From an uncultured bacterium (GTDB taxonomy: Bacteria; Fidelibacterota; Marinisomatia; SCGC-AAA003-L08; JACNLC01), in contig CAYPCW010000001.1 of NCBI GenBank assembly GCA_964409335.1, forward strand, positions 31,570-95,569: 64,000 nucleotides of DNA, given 5' to 3'. Within the stretch, counting starts at the first letter, position 1. Each line of letters begins with the position of its first letter. The position numbers and the translations under genes are program-made. Below, in pieces: positions 8,965-18,448 of the stretch. The notes under the pieces are model-generated. The model worked only from the letters and a program-made list of their open reading frames with translations, had not been told where the DNA came from and ran no database searches.

Positions 8965-9498
8965 CTATAGCGTCACGGAAACAGATGGAAATCCGGTATC
9001 GGATATTTCTTTCAGACGTTTTTGTATAATCAGTTTTTTCGCCACGGGCAGGTAATCGGTAAAAAATTTACCTTCAAGGTGATCGAATTCATGTTGAAAA
9101 ACACGCGAGATGAGACCCGAAAATTGCTTTGTGTGTGATTTCCCCTTCAAATCCTGATAGGCTACGGTAATGAATTCCGGGCGATAAATTTCAGCCCGAA
9201 TATCCGGGATGCTCAAACATCCTTCCTTCATGACGATTCGGCCATGAGTTTCCACAACGTTAACGTTCACAAATATGCGGGGTTTGGTATCGGTTTCATC
9301 TTCCAGGCGAGACACATCCACAAGCATTAAATTTATATTCTGTCCCACCTGATTTGCGGCAAGTCCGATCCCCTCTTCGTGGACCATCGTTTCAAGCATA
9401 TCCTTTACCAATTTATCCAGATTGGAAAAATCAGTCACCAGCCTTACTTTTTGCCTGAGTATGGGGTGTCCGTATTTCACAACGGGGAGTAATGCCAC
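8965..9498 (-). CDS. def: peptide deformylase
   Basis: GIGLAANQVG, EGCLS and QHEFDH metal-site motifs. Confidence 0.95.
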   Translation of the reverse strand: MALLPVVKYGHPILRQKVRLVTDFSNLDKLVKDMLETMVHEEGIGLAANQVGQNINLMLVDVSRLEDETDTKPRIFVNVNVVETHGRIVMKEGCLSIPDIRAEIYRPEFITVAYQDLKGKSHTKQFSGLISRVFQHEFDHLEGKFFTDYLPVAKKLIIQKRLKEISDTGFPSVSVTL

Positions 9499-9830
9499 TA
9501 ATTTGTCTCCGGATTTTCAGGGGCAGTATCCGCGAGACCCGCCACGTAGGTGCGGGATACAGTGATCTTTAAATTCCCGCCCACGTCAACAATTAACCGG
9601 CTGCCATTCTTTCCCGTTACATCCACTATTTTCCCATAAATACCGCCACGGGTTAGTATCTTGTCCCCTTTCTTTAATTCTTCCAATGTTTTTGCGTGCG
9701 CCTTCCTCTGCTTCATTTGTGGACGCCAAAGCACAAAATATAATATGGCGAACATTAATACAAATGGTAGAAATGCTGCAATTCCGCTTCCTGATGGCGC
9801 TACCTGATCTGCCGCGAATAAAATATCCAA
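9498..9830 (-). CDS. yajC: preprotein translocase subunit YajC
   Basis: 110 aa with a single TM helix, then RPQMKQRKAH...GDKILTRGGIYGKIV, typical of YajC. Confidence 0.85.
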   Translation of the reverse strand: MDILFAADQVAPSGSGIAAFLPFVLMFAILYFVLWRPQMKQRKAHAKTLEELKKGDKILTRGGIYGKIVDVTGKNGSRLIVDVGGNLKITVSRTYVAGLADTAPENPETN

Positions 9831-9986
9831 AAAATACTCCTGATTTAGTGATCAAATTTACAGAACCTGTCAACCCGAAGCAGTGTAAAATTTGATAACC
9901 CTCGTCTTCGTCATCTCATTCATATTAAAAATCAAAACCGCCAAATGGACATTTTTGGGATACCCATTATTCCCCCTAAATTTAAC

Positions 9987-11165
9987 ATGATGCATTCTTT
10001 ATTTCTATCATGTGCCGGAGGGTTGGAATCTGTTTGTCTGTCTGAACTTGGACAGATTGGGATACAGAATCTAAAAGCCGTGCCCGGCGGTGTCCGGTTT
10101 TTTGGTGATCTTCGAACCATTTATTCCGTAAATCTTCGAAGCCGGGTGGGTATCCGTTTGTTCCTGAAAATTACCGATTTTGACTGTCATACCAAAAACG
10201 ATCTTCAGAATGCTGTCACTCAGGTGAACTGGAAACAATACATGAATGTCAATCAGTCTTTTCTGATCACTGCATTTGTGGATCGCACCCATTTGGAACT
10301 CAGGAGCAGCCAATATACTGCCCTCGTGGCAAAGGATGGGATCGCTGACAGGTTCAGAAAGGATACTGGATTGAGGCCATCGGTTGACAAAGATCATCCC
10401 GACATTCATATTTTGATTCATATTCATCACAACCGGGGGACGATCTATCTCGACAGTACCGGAATACCCCTTTCTAAAAGAGGATATCGCCGGGGAGTTA
10501 TCCACAAAGCATCTTTAAATGAATCTCTGGCTGCCGGTATCCTTGCACTAACGAAATGGGATGGCACAACTCCCTTTTATGATCCCATGTGCGGTTCGGG
10601 GACATTTGCGGTTGAGGCTGCAATGATCGCTGCCCGGTATTCCCCGGGGCTCACCAGAAACGAATTCGGTTTTATGAAATGGAAAGATTTCGATATGACC
10701 ACATGGTTATCCTTGAAAAAAGATGCCATGAAAGCAATCCGAGTGGATAAAAGCACTGTTATTTATGGATCTGATATTAGAGAAGAAGTCTTATATCTTG
10801 CCCGTCAAAACGCGCAGGCATTGAAGGAAGTCACCTCGATGATCCGGTGGGAAAACCGATCCGTTGTGGATTTTAAACCTCATTCTGAAACCGGCGTCAT
10901 TGTGATGAATCCGCCTTACGGAATCCGTACCGGAGTGCATGAGAACTTATTGGAATTATATTCCGGCATTGGTGATACGCTTAAACAACATTGCCAGGGT
11001 CACATCGCATTTATTTTTACCGGGAATCCGGACCTGGCGAAAAATATCGGGCTAAAACCCTTCTGTAAAATAGCACTCCGGAACGGCAATATAGAGTGTA
11101 AACTGTTCGGCTACGAACTATACTCCGGCAGCCGGAAACAAAAATATCAAAATGAGGCTCAATGA
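9987..11165 (+). CDS. THUMP-domain class I SAM-dependent RNA methyltransferase (RlmL/YpsC-like, UPF0020)
   Basis: N-terminal CAGGLE... THUMP-type region, DPMCGSGTF SAM motif and NPPYG catalytic motif. The track ORF begins at 9945. The ATG at 9987 fits family N-termini better. Confidence 0.8.
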   Translation: MMHSLFLSCAGGLESVCLSELGQIGIQNLKAVPGGVRFFGDLRTIYSVNLRSRVGIRLFLKITDFDCHTKNDLQNAVTQVNWKQYMNVNQSFLITAFVDRTHLELRSSQYTALVAKDGIADRFRKDTGLRPSVDKDHPDIHILIHIHHNRGTIYLDSTGIPLSKRGYRRGVIHKASLNESLAAGILALTKWDGTTPFYDPMCGSGTFAVEAAMIAARYSPGLTRNEFGFMKWKDFDMTTWLSLKKDAMKAIRVDKSTVIYGSDIREEVLYLARQNAQALKEVTSMIRWENRSVVDFKPHSETGVIVMNPPYGIRTGVHENLLELYSGIGDTLKQHCQGHIAFIFTGNPDLAKNIGLKPFCKIALRNGNIECKLFGYELYSGSRKQKYQNEAQ

Positions 11166-11596
11166 ACATCTATTTCAGTGGCTCCATCCGTGGTGGTAGA
11201 AGCGAAGTAGAAAGCTATCGCCAGATTATCCTTCACCTCAAAAAATTTGGAAAAGTGCTTACCGCATATATTGGTGATCCTGCGCTTGACCCAGTCCACG
11301 GAGAAGTGGAATCAGACGCTTTTATTTGGGGGCGTGATGTGCGCTGGGTACAGGATTCAGACATTTTGGTGGCAGAAATCACCCAACCTTCACTGGGGGT
11401 AGGGTATGAGATCGCCATGGCACATGAAAATCATGTCCCCGTCCTGGCGTTGTACCATCAGGATAAAATTGTCCGCCCTTCCGCGATGGTGGCAGGGGAT
11501 CCGAATGTCACCCTATGTCCCTATCTTCAAATCGAAAATGTATTAACAGAAATTGACCAATTTTTTCAAAGGATAACTCTTCAAGATGCAGGATAG
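11162..11596 (+). CDS. 2'-deoxynucleoside 5'-phosphate N-hydrolase (DNPH1/Rcl-like, nucleoside 2-deoxyribosyltransferase fold)
   Basis: YFSGSIRGGR at the N-terminus and VAEITQPSLGVGYE closely match the DNPH1 signature. ATGA start/stop overlap with the upstream methyltransferase. Confidence 0.8.
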   Translation: MNIYFSGSIRGGRSEVESYRQIILHLKKFGKVLTAYIGDPALDPVHGEVESDAFIWGRDVRWVQDSDILVAEITQPSLGVGYEIAMAHENHVPVLALYHQDKIVRPSAMVAGDPNVTLCPYLQIENVLTEIDQFFQRITLQDAG

Positions 11597-11602
11597 TCAG
11601 TC

Positions 11603-12610
11603 ATGATCGTTGGTGATCTTCACATTGATCATCCGGTATTTCTGGCGCCAATGGCCGGAGTTACCGATCATTCATTCAGGGTGATTTGCCGGACACTGGG
11701 CGCAGGCGTGGTTTATTCTGAGTTTGTCAGTTCTGAGGGAATCATCCGGGAGAATTTTAAAACTCTGGACATGATGAATTTTACCGAGGATGAACGACCT
11801 ATCGGCATCCAGATATTCGGGCATCAGCCGGGTGTCGTCGGTGGGTCGGCGAAATTGATCAAAGAGAAATTCAATCCTGATATTATCGATATCAATTTTG
11901 GGTGCCCGGTGCCCAAAGTTGAAAAACGGGGCGCCGGATGCGGTGCGCTGCGAGACCTGTCCCTGATGGAAGAAATAGCTCTGGCCGTCGTTGAAAACGC
12001 CGGCTCAACCCCTGTCACCGTCAAGATGAGAGCGGGGATTGATAAATCTCATATCGTTTCAAATAAAGCAGGCGAACTATTGGAAAAATGTGGTGTCGCC
12101 GCCATTACCCTCCACCCGCGAACGATGAAACAACTGTATTCCGGATCATCAGACTGGAACCTGATCCGTGAACTCAAAGAAACTGTCCGAATTCCCGTGA
12201 TCGGTAATGGAGACATCCTCTGCGCAGATGATGCAATGCGAATGTTCGAAGAGACCGGTTGTGATGGGGTCATGATCGCCCGCGCTGCAACAGGGAATCC
12301 CTGGATTTTCCGATCTGTGAGTCGGACGCTGGAGGGGTTACCCTTCATTCCGGTCACGATCAGTGAAAAAATCGAAATGTGCCATACCCATTACCGTTTG
12401 TTAAAAGCAGACAGGCATCCTAAAATATGTTTTAATCTCACCAAAAAACATGTGAGTTGGTATCTGCGGGGATTTCCGGGGGCAGGTGAATGGCGAAAGC
12501 GGTTTATGGTTTGTCAATCAATTCAGGAAATTGAAACCCGGTTCGAGGAAATTTTCAGAGATTATCATCTCTCGTTTGAAGCGCCATTTGTTTCAGTGGC
12601 GCATATCTGA
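11603..12610 (+). CDS. dusB: tRNA-dihydrouridine synthase
   Basis: LAPMAGVTD, DINFGCP and GNGDI motifs of the Dus family. Confidence 0.9.
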   Translation: MIVGDLHIDHPVFLAPMAGVTDHSFRVICRTLGAGVVYSEFVSSEGIIRENFKTLDMMNFTEDERPIGIQIFGHQPGVVGGSAKLIKEKFNPDIIDINFGCPVPKVEKRGAGCGALRDLSLMEEIALAVVENAGSTPVTVKMRAGIDKSHIVSNKAGELLEKCGVAAITLHPRTMKQLYSGSSDWNLIRELKETVRIPVIGNGDILCADDAMRMFEETGCDGVMIARAATGNPWIFRSVSRTLEGLPFIPVTISEKIEMCHTHYRLLKADRHPKICFNLTKKHVSWYLRGFPGAGEWRKRFMVCQSIQEIETRFEEIFRDYHLSFEAPFVSVAHI

Positions 12611-13169
12611 AGCAATCCACAATGTGATCATTCACCATCCCTGCAGCCTGCATAAAAGCGTAGCAGATGGTTGATCCAACAAATTTGAACCCCGCCGTGA
12701 CGAGTTCCCGGCTCATGGCGTCGGATACCGACGTTTTCGCGGGGATATCCGTTAACGTTTTCCAGTGATTTACAACCGGTTTCCCATCCGTAAACTTCCA
12801 GATAAAATGGTGAAATCCGTCATACTGCGATTGAATATCCAAAAACATCCGGGCATTTTGAATCGTCGAACGGATTTTTAATTTATTCCTGATTATTGCG
12901 GGATTTGAGATCAGTTCCTGGATTTTTTGTTCATCATACCTGGCGACATAGATCGGATCAAAGTTTGAAAACGCATTTGCAAATCCGATTCGTTTTTTCA
13001 AAACGATGGACCAGCTTAGTCCTGCCTGAAACGCATCCAGCGCCAGAAACTCGAAGAGCTTTTGGTCGTTATAAATCGGGACTCCCCATTCTTCATCATG
13101 GTATCTGACCATGAGTTGATCATCACTTTGCCACCCGCATCGCGTCACTGACTCACTCACGCGTTTCAC
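12555..13169 (-). CDS. tag: DNA-3-methyladenine glycosylase I
   Basis: RCGW...YHDEEWGVP N-terminal motif and a C-terminal DH..DC zinc-site region. Its 3' end overlaps dusB convergently. Confidence 0.9.
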   Translation of the reverse strand: MKRVSESVTRCGWQSDDQLMVRYHDEEWGVPIYNDQKLFEFLALDAFQAGLSWSIVLKKRIGFANAFSNFDPIYVARYDEQKIQELISNPAIIRNKLKIRSTIQNARMFLDIQSQYDGFHHFIWKFTDGKPVVNHWKTLTDIPAKTSVSDAMSRELVTAGFKFVGSTICYAFMQAAGMVNDHIVDCFRYAPLKQMALQTRDDNL

Positions 13170-13788
13170 CTTCGGATTCGTCCGGGATCGAATTTATTTT
13201 TCGGGCAAGCAGTCCGCCGGAAATGACTGCCTTTAACCCTTCTTCAACGGACAAATTGGTATCCGTGACAGCCAATTTCGGAACCATTAACATATACCCT
13301 GATGTCGGGTTCGGTGTCGTGGGTACGAATAAATGATAAAATTCCTTACCACTTTTGTTGATGGATGAACCGGTGACCATTGTGATCGTCCAGAGTCCTT
13401 TTCTTGGATATTCAATAAACACGACCTTCTGAAAAGCTTGTTGATTCGGTTCACTGATCGAGGATGTAATTTGTTTTATTGTACTAAAGATTGAATTAAC
13501 GACTGGAATTCTGGAGATTGCATTTTCCATTTTCGTAACCAATCGTTTCCCGAGGACATTTCTCACGATCATACCCAAAATATAAATAAAAAGTATGGTC
13601 AGGACAAATCCCAACAGTTCCGGAATATACCTTGGAATTTGGTGTTTGACGAATATCATGTTTAAGATCCATGCCCCTGGTTTGGAAAAAAACCGGAATA
13701 GCCACTTTAATATGATCACGGTAAGCGCAAATGGTAAAACAGCGAACATGCCTGCCAACACGGTTTGTCTGATTTTTTTCTTCATCAC
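13153..13788 (-). CDS. DUF502-family membrane protein
   Basis: 211 aa with two N-terminal TM helices, then the PNPTSGY-type segment typical of DUF502. Confidence 0.65.
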   Translation of the reverse strand: MMKKKIRQTVLAGMFAVLPFALTVIILKWLFRFFSKPGAWILNMIFVKHQIPRYIPELLGFVLTILFIYILGMIVRNVLGKRLVTKMENAISRIPVVNSIFSTIKQITSSISEPNQQAFQKVVFIEYPRKGLWTITMVTGSSINKSGKEFYHLFVPTTPNPTSGYMLMVPKLAVTDTNLSVEEGLKAVISGGLLARKINSIPDESEGETRE

Positions 13789-13814
13789 TCTATTTTCCTG
13801 TCGTAAGTTGAATT

Positions 13815-14735
13815 TTATGCAAAATTGCTATCGCAATCCAAAACCAAATCAATTGCCATTTTATTCATCCAGGTGATCTGTTTTTTTGCAAATTGACGGG
13901 TTTTTTGTTTAATAATGATCACCGCATCTTCGAGGGTCCGCTTTCCGAGTACAACCTCAACCATATGTTGATACCCTAAACTTTGCATGGCATGGGATGA
14001 TGGACGTACACCTGAGAGGAGTAACTCCCGGGTTTCCTGAAGCCACCCGTTAGCTATCATTCCATCTATCCGTTTTTCTATCCGATTCATTAATATCGAC
14101 CGTTGAGATTTCAACCCGATAATGAAATACTGCATCCGTAGTTGGTGGTCTTCATTCTGCTGTTCACGGAATATCTCACTCGGGGGTCTGCCAGTCAAAT
14201 AGTATATCTCTAACGCCCTCGTCAGCCGTTTGGTATCATTGGGATGGACGATTTTGGCGTATTCAGGATCGATCCTTGCTAATCTTTCGGCAATCTTGTC
14301 GCTGCCCAATGTGTCGATATCTTTTTGAATATTTTGGCGAATCCGGGGATCGCAATCTATTTTCCGGATGATCCCGCTGAGTACCGAATGCAGATAAAGG
14401 AATGAGCCTCCCACCAGGATCGGCCGGTGTCCCCGAGACCTGATACCACCTATACAATCCTGCACCCATTCTGCATATTTGCCAGAACTGACCACTGATT
14501 CGGCATCGAGAATCCCGACCAGATGATGAGGTACGGAATTTAGATCATCTGTAGAGGGTTGCGCGGTACCGATACTGAATCCACGATAAACCTGACGAGA
14601 ATCCACGGATACAATTTCGCCATTTAGAGTGTGGGCCAGCGAGATGGCAAAAGTTGTTTTTCCGATGGCAGTAGGACCCGTCACTACCGGGATTTTAGTT
14701 CCGATTGCTGATATAATTGAAGGAAGGATTTTCAA
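13815..14735 (-). CDS. miaA: tRNA dimethylallyltransferase
   Basis: GPTAIGKT P-loop, VDSRQVYRG and GGSFLY motifs. Confidence 0.95.
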   Translation of the reverse strand: MKILPSIISAIGTKIPVVTGPTAIGKTTFAISLAHTLNGEIVSVDSRQVYRGFSIGTAQPSTDDLNSVPHHLVGILDAESVVSSGKYAEWVQDCIGGIRSRGHRPILVGGSFLYLHSVLSGIIRKIDCDPRIRQNIQKDIDTLGSDKIAERLARIDPEYAKIVHPNDTKRLTRALEIYYLTGRPPSEIFREQQNEDHQLRMQYFIIGLKSQRSILMNRIEKRIDGMIANGWLQETRELLLSGVRPSSHAMQSLGYQHMVEVVLGKRTLEDAVIIIKQKTRQFAKKQITWMNKMAIDLVLDCDSNFA

Positions 14736-16543
14736 ATTCGTTCAAATCGTTTATCCAATTCATCCATCCCCAGTCTGACAATAATCGGTCTGCCGTGAGG
14801 GCAGTAATAAGGGTGATCCGTCGCAAAGAGTCTATCCACCAGATTTTTCATCTCTTCAGGCTTTAACCTGTCACCCGCTTTAATAGCGGCTTTACAGGCA
14901 TAAGTTGCCGCAAGATAGTCAAGAAAAGATGCATTTATTTCTTGTTTTTCGATATACTTGTCCAATATCTCGTGTATAACCTCATGAACAGATCCTGAAT
15001 AAATGTCCGAAGGGACTCCTTCAACGATGATGGTATTCTCACCAAACCCCCGCATTCTGAATCCAATTTTATTCAAATAGGGGACGACACCGAAAAATTT
15101 AGAATATTCTTCCGGTAAAAATTTGATGGTTTGTGGAAACAATACCGTTTGTGATGGAATCCCGTTACCCTCCAGTGCTTTTTTGGCGGATTCAAATAAT
15201 ATCCTTTCATGAGCCACGTGCTGATCAATGATGATCAGCCCCTGATTGACCTCGGTTATAATATATTTATTCTGGAACTGCCACAGGTTATCCGATGTGA
15301 TAAGTCCATCTTTGATCGGCGATTTTTTTGTAAGCGCCTCAATCCGTTCATGGGCTTTTTTAATGGTGGATTCAGTGATGACTGAAGATGAATTACCGAT
15401 TATTTTTTCCACGCCACGACGATGCGGTGCTTCTTCAAATCCGGGTGTCGTATGGTCTGGGATCACCGTGGACAGTTTGAGTTGGCCATGATCAGACGAC
15501 GATGACGTATTCGCACCATAATAATTGAACGGGGTAAAATCCGGGATGGTTTTTAATAAATCGGTCAATGCCTGCGTAACTGCGGACTTTACCACATAGT
15601 AAACACGCCATTCATCTTTGAATCTGACTTCGGATTTTGCAGGGTGGACGTTCACATCTACCATATCAGGCGGTATCTTAAGATTGACGATAAAAAATGG
15701 ATATTCCCCACGTGCAAGCAAGGACCGATATGAACTGAAAACTGCGGAGTTGATCAGCCGGTTCTGAATAAACCGGCCATTTAAAAATAGAAATTGCTCG
15801 CCTAACCGTTTTTTAATGAGATTAAGATTTCCTGTATATCCAGATACCATAAATTGTTCTTTTGTCATCGAAACCGGTAAAAGATTTTCAGCAAACCGTT
15901 TCCCATAAATATCTGTAATCCGTCCCACAAGGTCATGGCTTCTGAACCTGTACACTAATTTTTCGCAATCTGTCAGAGAAAAGCCGATTTCAGGATAGGC
16001 GAGAGAAAAGGTTCTTACAATCTGATAGATACTACGTTTTTCGCTTTCTGTTTTTTTCAGGAATTTTCGTCGGGCCGGGGTATTAAAAAAAAGATTTTTA
16101 ACCTGTATCGAAGTTCCTTTTGCCGAAGATGCCGGGCGCTGATACTGGATGGATCCACCATTAATACTGATCTCATTGCCTCCCCCATCGTCTTTTGAAC
16201 TTTTTGCATTGACCTGTGAAACAGATGCGATACTTGGGAGGGCTTCCCCACGAAATCCGAGGGATGTAATATGCTGAAGTTCGTCTTTTTCGTGTAACTT
16301 ACTGGTTGCATGCCGTTGAAAACTCATCCCCAAATCTTCAGCATTCATCCCATCGCCATCATCAATAACCTGTATCAGAGACTTGCCGCCATCCTGTATG
16401 ATAACTTCAATACTCCGGGCATGGGCGTCGATGGAATTCTCAATCAGTTCTTTTACGATGGACGCCGGTTTTTCGATCACCTCACCCGCGGCGATCTGGT
16501 TGATCAGTTGTGTGGATAATAATTGGATTTTTGAAGGATTCAT
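14732..16543 (-). CDS. mutL: DNA mismatch repair protein MutL
   Basis: IAAGEVIE..ASIVKELIENSIDA GHKL ATPase N-terminus and the C-terminal dimerisation region ending CPHGRP. Confidence 0.95.
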   Translation of the reverse strand: MNPSKIQLLSTQLINQIAAGEVIEKPASIVKELIENSIDAHARSIEVIIQDGGKSLIQVIDDGDGMNAEDLGMSFQRHATSKLHEKDELQHITSLGFRGEALPSIASVSQVNAKSSKDDGGGNEISINGGSIQYQRPASSAKGTSIQVKNLFFNTPARRKFLKKTESEKRSIYQIVRTFSLAYPEIGFSLTDCEKLVYRFRSHDLVGRITDIYGKRFAENLLPVSMTKEQFMVSGYTGNLNLIKKRLGEQFLFLNGRFIQNRLINSAVFSSYRSLLARGEYPFFIVNLKIPPDMVDVNVHPAKSEVRFKDEWRVYYVVKSAVTQALTDLLKTIPDFTPFNYYGANTSSSSDHGQLKLSTVIPDHTTPGFEEAPHRRGVEKIIGNSSSVITESTIKKAHERIEALTKKSPIKDGLITSDNLWQFQNKYIITEVNQGLIIIDQHVAHERILFESAKKALEGNGIPSQTVLFPQTIKFLPEEYSKFFGVVPYLNKIGFRMRGFGENTIIVEGVPSDIYSGSVHEVIHEILDKYIEKQEINASFLDYLAATYACKAAIKAGDRLKPEEMKNLVDRLFATDHPYYCPHGRPIIVRLGMDELDKRFERI

Positions 16544-16559
16544 TATTTCATACCGAACA

Positions 16560-18233
16560 TCACCTATTCAATTTTCCCATTACAATTTGTCTCAATGATC
16601 GCAGATCTACGTCTATTTTTTTAAGAATTTGGTTTGTATTTTCCCGTATGGTTAGACAAAAATCCTGATCTGAAATACTGTTTAAATTGATCATGACATT
16701 CAAGGCCGCCCCATGTGCACCTGCATGTGCCATCTCGCCGGCAACCCCTGCATCTGATACAGAATTGGGATTTCCCATAGTAGCGGCAGTTGTGGCCAAC
16801 TCCATTACATCTTCACATGCCTGAAGAACCTCAAAAGGGATTTCCGTCGCATGTTGATTTGCCTGTTCGATCTGTCTGCTTTTAAACGTCTTTTCTGCAT
16901 CATCTCCTGCTGGTTGGCGGTAAGCATCCAATACTTCGTTAAATGCCCGGGTATCCTCATCGATCAATTCCAGTAATTTCGATTTTAACACCTGCGCTTC
17001 GGTCCCTACCGAATGCATCTTATCAAAAATATCGGTGTGTTTCCTTTTCCCCGTTGTCAGATTCGATACCATCGCAGCCAGGGATGCCCCTAACGAACCG
17101 GCGAGCGCAGACACACTACCGCCGCCGGGAGCCGGAGATTCCCGGGATAGTTCATCCACAAATTTATCGATTGACATGTTTGCAAGCGGACCAAATTCAG
17201 GACCCATCCGATATTCGATAATCTTTTCATGCGCCTGGAAAGGACCCAGGTCATCTAACCCCAGGGATTTTACGGCAATGTGGACAATATCCTCGCTGGG
17301 TATCGCCGTTGAACGGTTCTGCTTTTCAAGGTAATATTTACCCGCATCCAGCATGGCCTGCAAGGGAATGAGTCCCACCAACTCGCTTCCGGTCACCCGA
17401 AGACCCCGTAACCGGGCTTGTGTTCTGGATTCCTCAAATGCGAGGTGGACCGGGGTAATTTTATAATTTGTCAGATTCATGGACAATTGTGCGATCCGGT
17501 ACTCTTCAATATACCATCCGACGGCTTTTACCGATTTTAATTTACCCGGTACCATCACGGGGTTGCCAGCATCGTCCGTTATGAACTTACCCTGATCATC
17601 TCTGGAGCGACGACCGGCTTCACGAATATCCAGGGCAATATCGGATGCGATTGCTTTGGACTGGGTATTTAGATTGACGTTGTAGGCTATGAGGAATTCC
17701 CGGGCGCCGATTGCGGTCACCCCGGCTTTTTCGTTAAACTCAGAGGGACCAAAATCGGGACGCCATGCTGGATCTTTTAACTTTGATGCCATCCCTTCAT
17801 ATTCTCCCGACCGTATGGTTGATAAATTTTGACGTTCGGGAGTCGTTGCCGAATGTTCGTATAAAAATACCGGAATACGGAGTTCATAGCCTACCTTTTG
17901 GGCAAGTCGACGGGACAGTTGGACGCATTCCGCCATTGATATGTCAGCTACGGGAATGAACGGACAAACATCCGTCGCCCCCATCCTTGGATGTTCACCG
18001 TGATGTGTTCTCATATCTAAAACCGATGCGGCTGTCTGGATCGCTAAAAATGCGGCTTCCACGACTGCATCCGGTTCACCGACGAAAGTAACGACCGTTC
18101 GTTGTGTGTCTGCGCCCGGATCAACATCCAGCAGACTAACCCCGGGCACCGAACTGATGGCATCCGTGATCATTTTTATTTTATTCTTATCCCTCCCCTC
18201 ACTAAAATTGGGGACGCATTCTACAATTTTCAT
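16560..18233 (-). CDS. bifunctional glutamate formimidoyltransferase / formimidoyl-THF cyclodeaminase (FTCD-like fusion)
   Basis: 557 aa. VECVPNFSEGRD formiminotransferase N-terminus, and a C-terminal ~200-aa cyclodeaminase domain with PAPGGGSVSALAGSLGASL. Confidence 0.85.
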   Translation of the reverse strand: MKIVECVPNFSEGRDKNKIKMITDAISSVPGVSLLDVDPGADTQRTVVTFVGEPDAVVEAAFLAIQTAASVLDMRTHHGEHPRMGATDVCPFIPVADISMAECVQLSRRLAQKVGYELRIPVFLYEHSATTPERQNLSTIRSGEYEGMASKLKDPAWRPDFGPSEFNEKAGVTAIGAREFLIAYNVNLNTQSKAIASDIALDIREAGRRSRDDQGKFITDDAGNPVMVPGKLKSVKAVGWYIEEYRIAQLSMNLTNYKITPVHLAFEESRTQARLRGLRVTGSELVGLIPLQAMLDAGKYYLEKQNRSTAIPSEDIVHIAVKSLGLDDLGPFQAHEKIIEYRMGPEFGPLANMSIDKFVDELSRESPAPGGGSVSALAGSLGASLAAMVSNLTTGKRKHTDIFDKMHSVGTEAQVLKSKLLELIDEDTRAFNEVLDAYRQPAGDDAEKTFKSRQIEQANQHATEIPFEVLQACEDVMELATTAATMGNPNSVSDAGVAGEMAHAGAHGAALNVMINLNSISDQDFCLTIRENTNQILKKIDVDLRSLRQIVMGKLNR

Positions 18234-18448
18234 GGACTTCCCTTAAGATTAATATTGCCGATTGCTATTTTTCAACGAACCGTAGTTACAGGTACTGATT
18301 CAATTTATAAATCAGATAAAGAATCAAACTTAATATGAGCAGATATTTGAAAATTTGTAAAGATGAACTGTTACGCCTGTAGTGCTGACTGACCAAATGT
18401 TTAAAAGAATAAGGACGTCCCGATGATTTAAAATGAAACATATCTGAT

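Noticed and set aside
8931-9055. A 36-codon plus-strand ORF (ATG 8945, stop 9053-9055) preceded by a perfect AAGGAGG 7 nt upstream, antisense to the def 3' end.
   Set aside because: The peptide (MVTISSHYSVTETDGNPVSDISFRRFCIISFFATGR) has no recognisable features. Most of it overlaps def on the opposite strand. No promoter is evident. It is likely a chance SD-ATG pairing, and I could not support it as a gene.
18234-18448. Riboswitch or ncRNA in the 215-nt gap upstream of the FTCD-like gene. The other larger gaps are 962-1132, 2375-2597, 24980-25268 and 62900-63038.
   Set aside because: I could find only short AT-rich stems (for example CTGATT/AATCAG). None of the conserved cores I can recognise by eye are present (THF, glycine, TPP, SRP, RNase P, tRNA T-loop GGTTCGAATCC). 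Covariance-model scans would be needed, and nothing is supportable from inspection.
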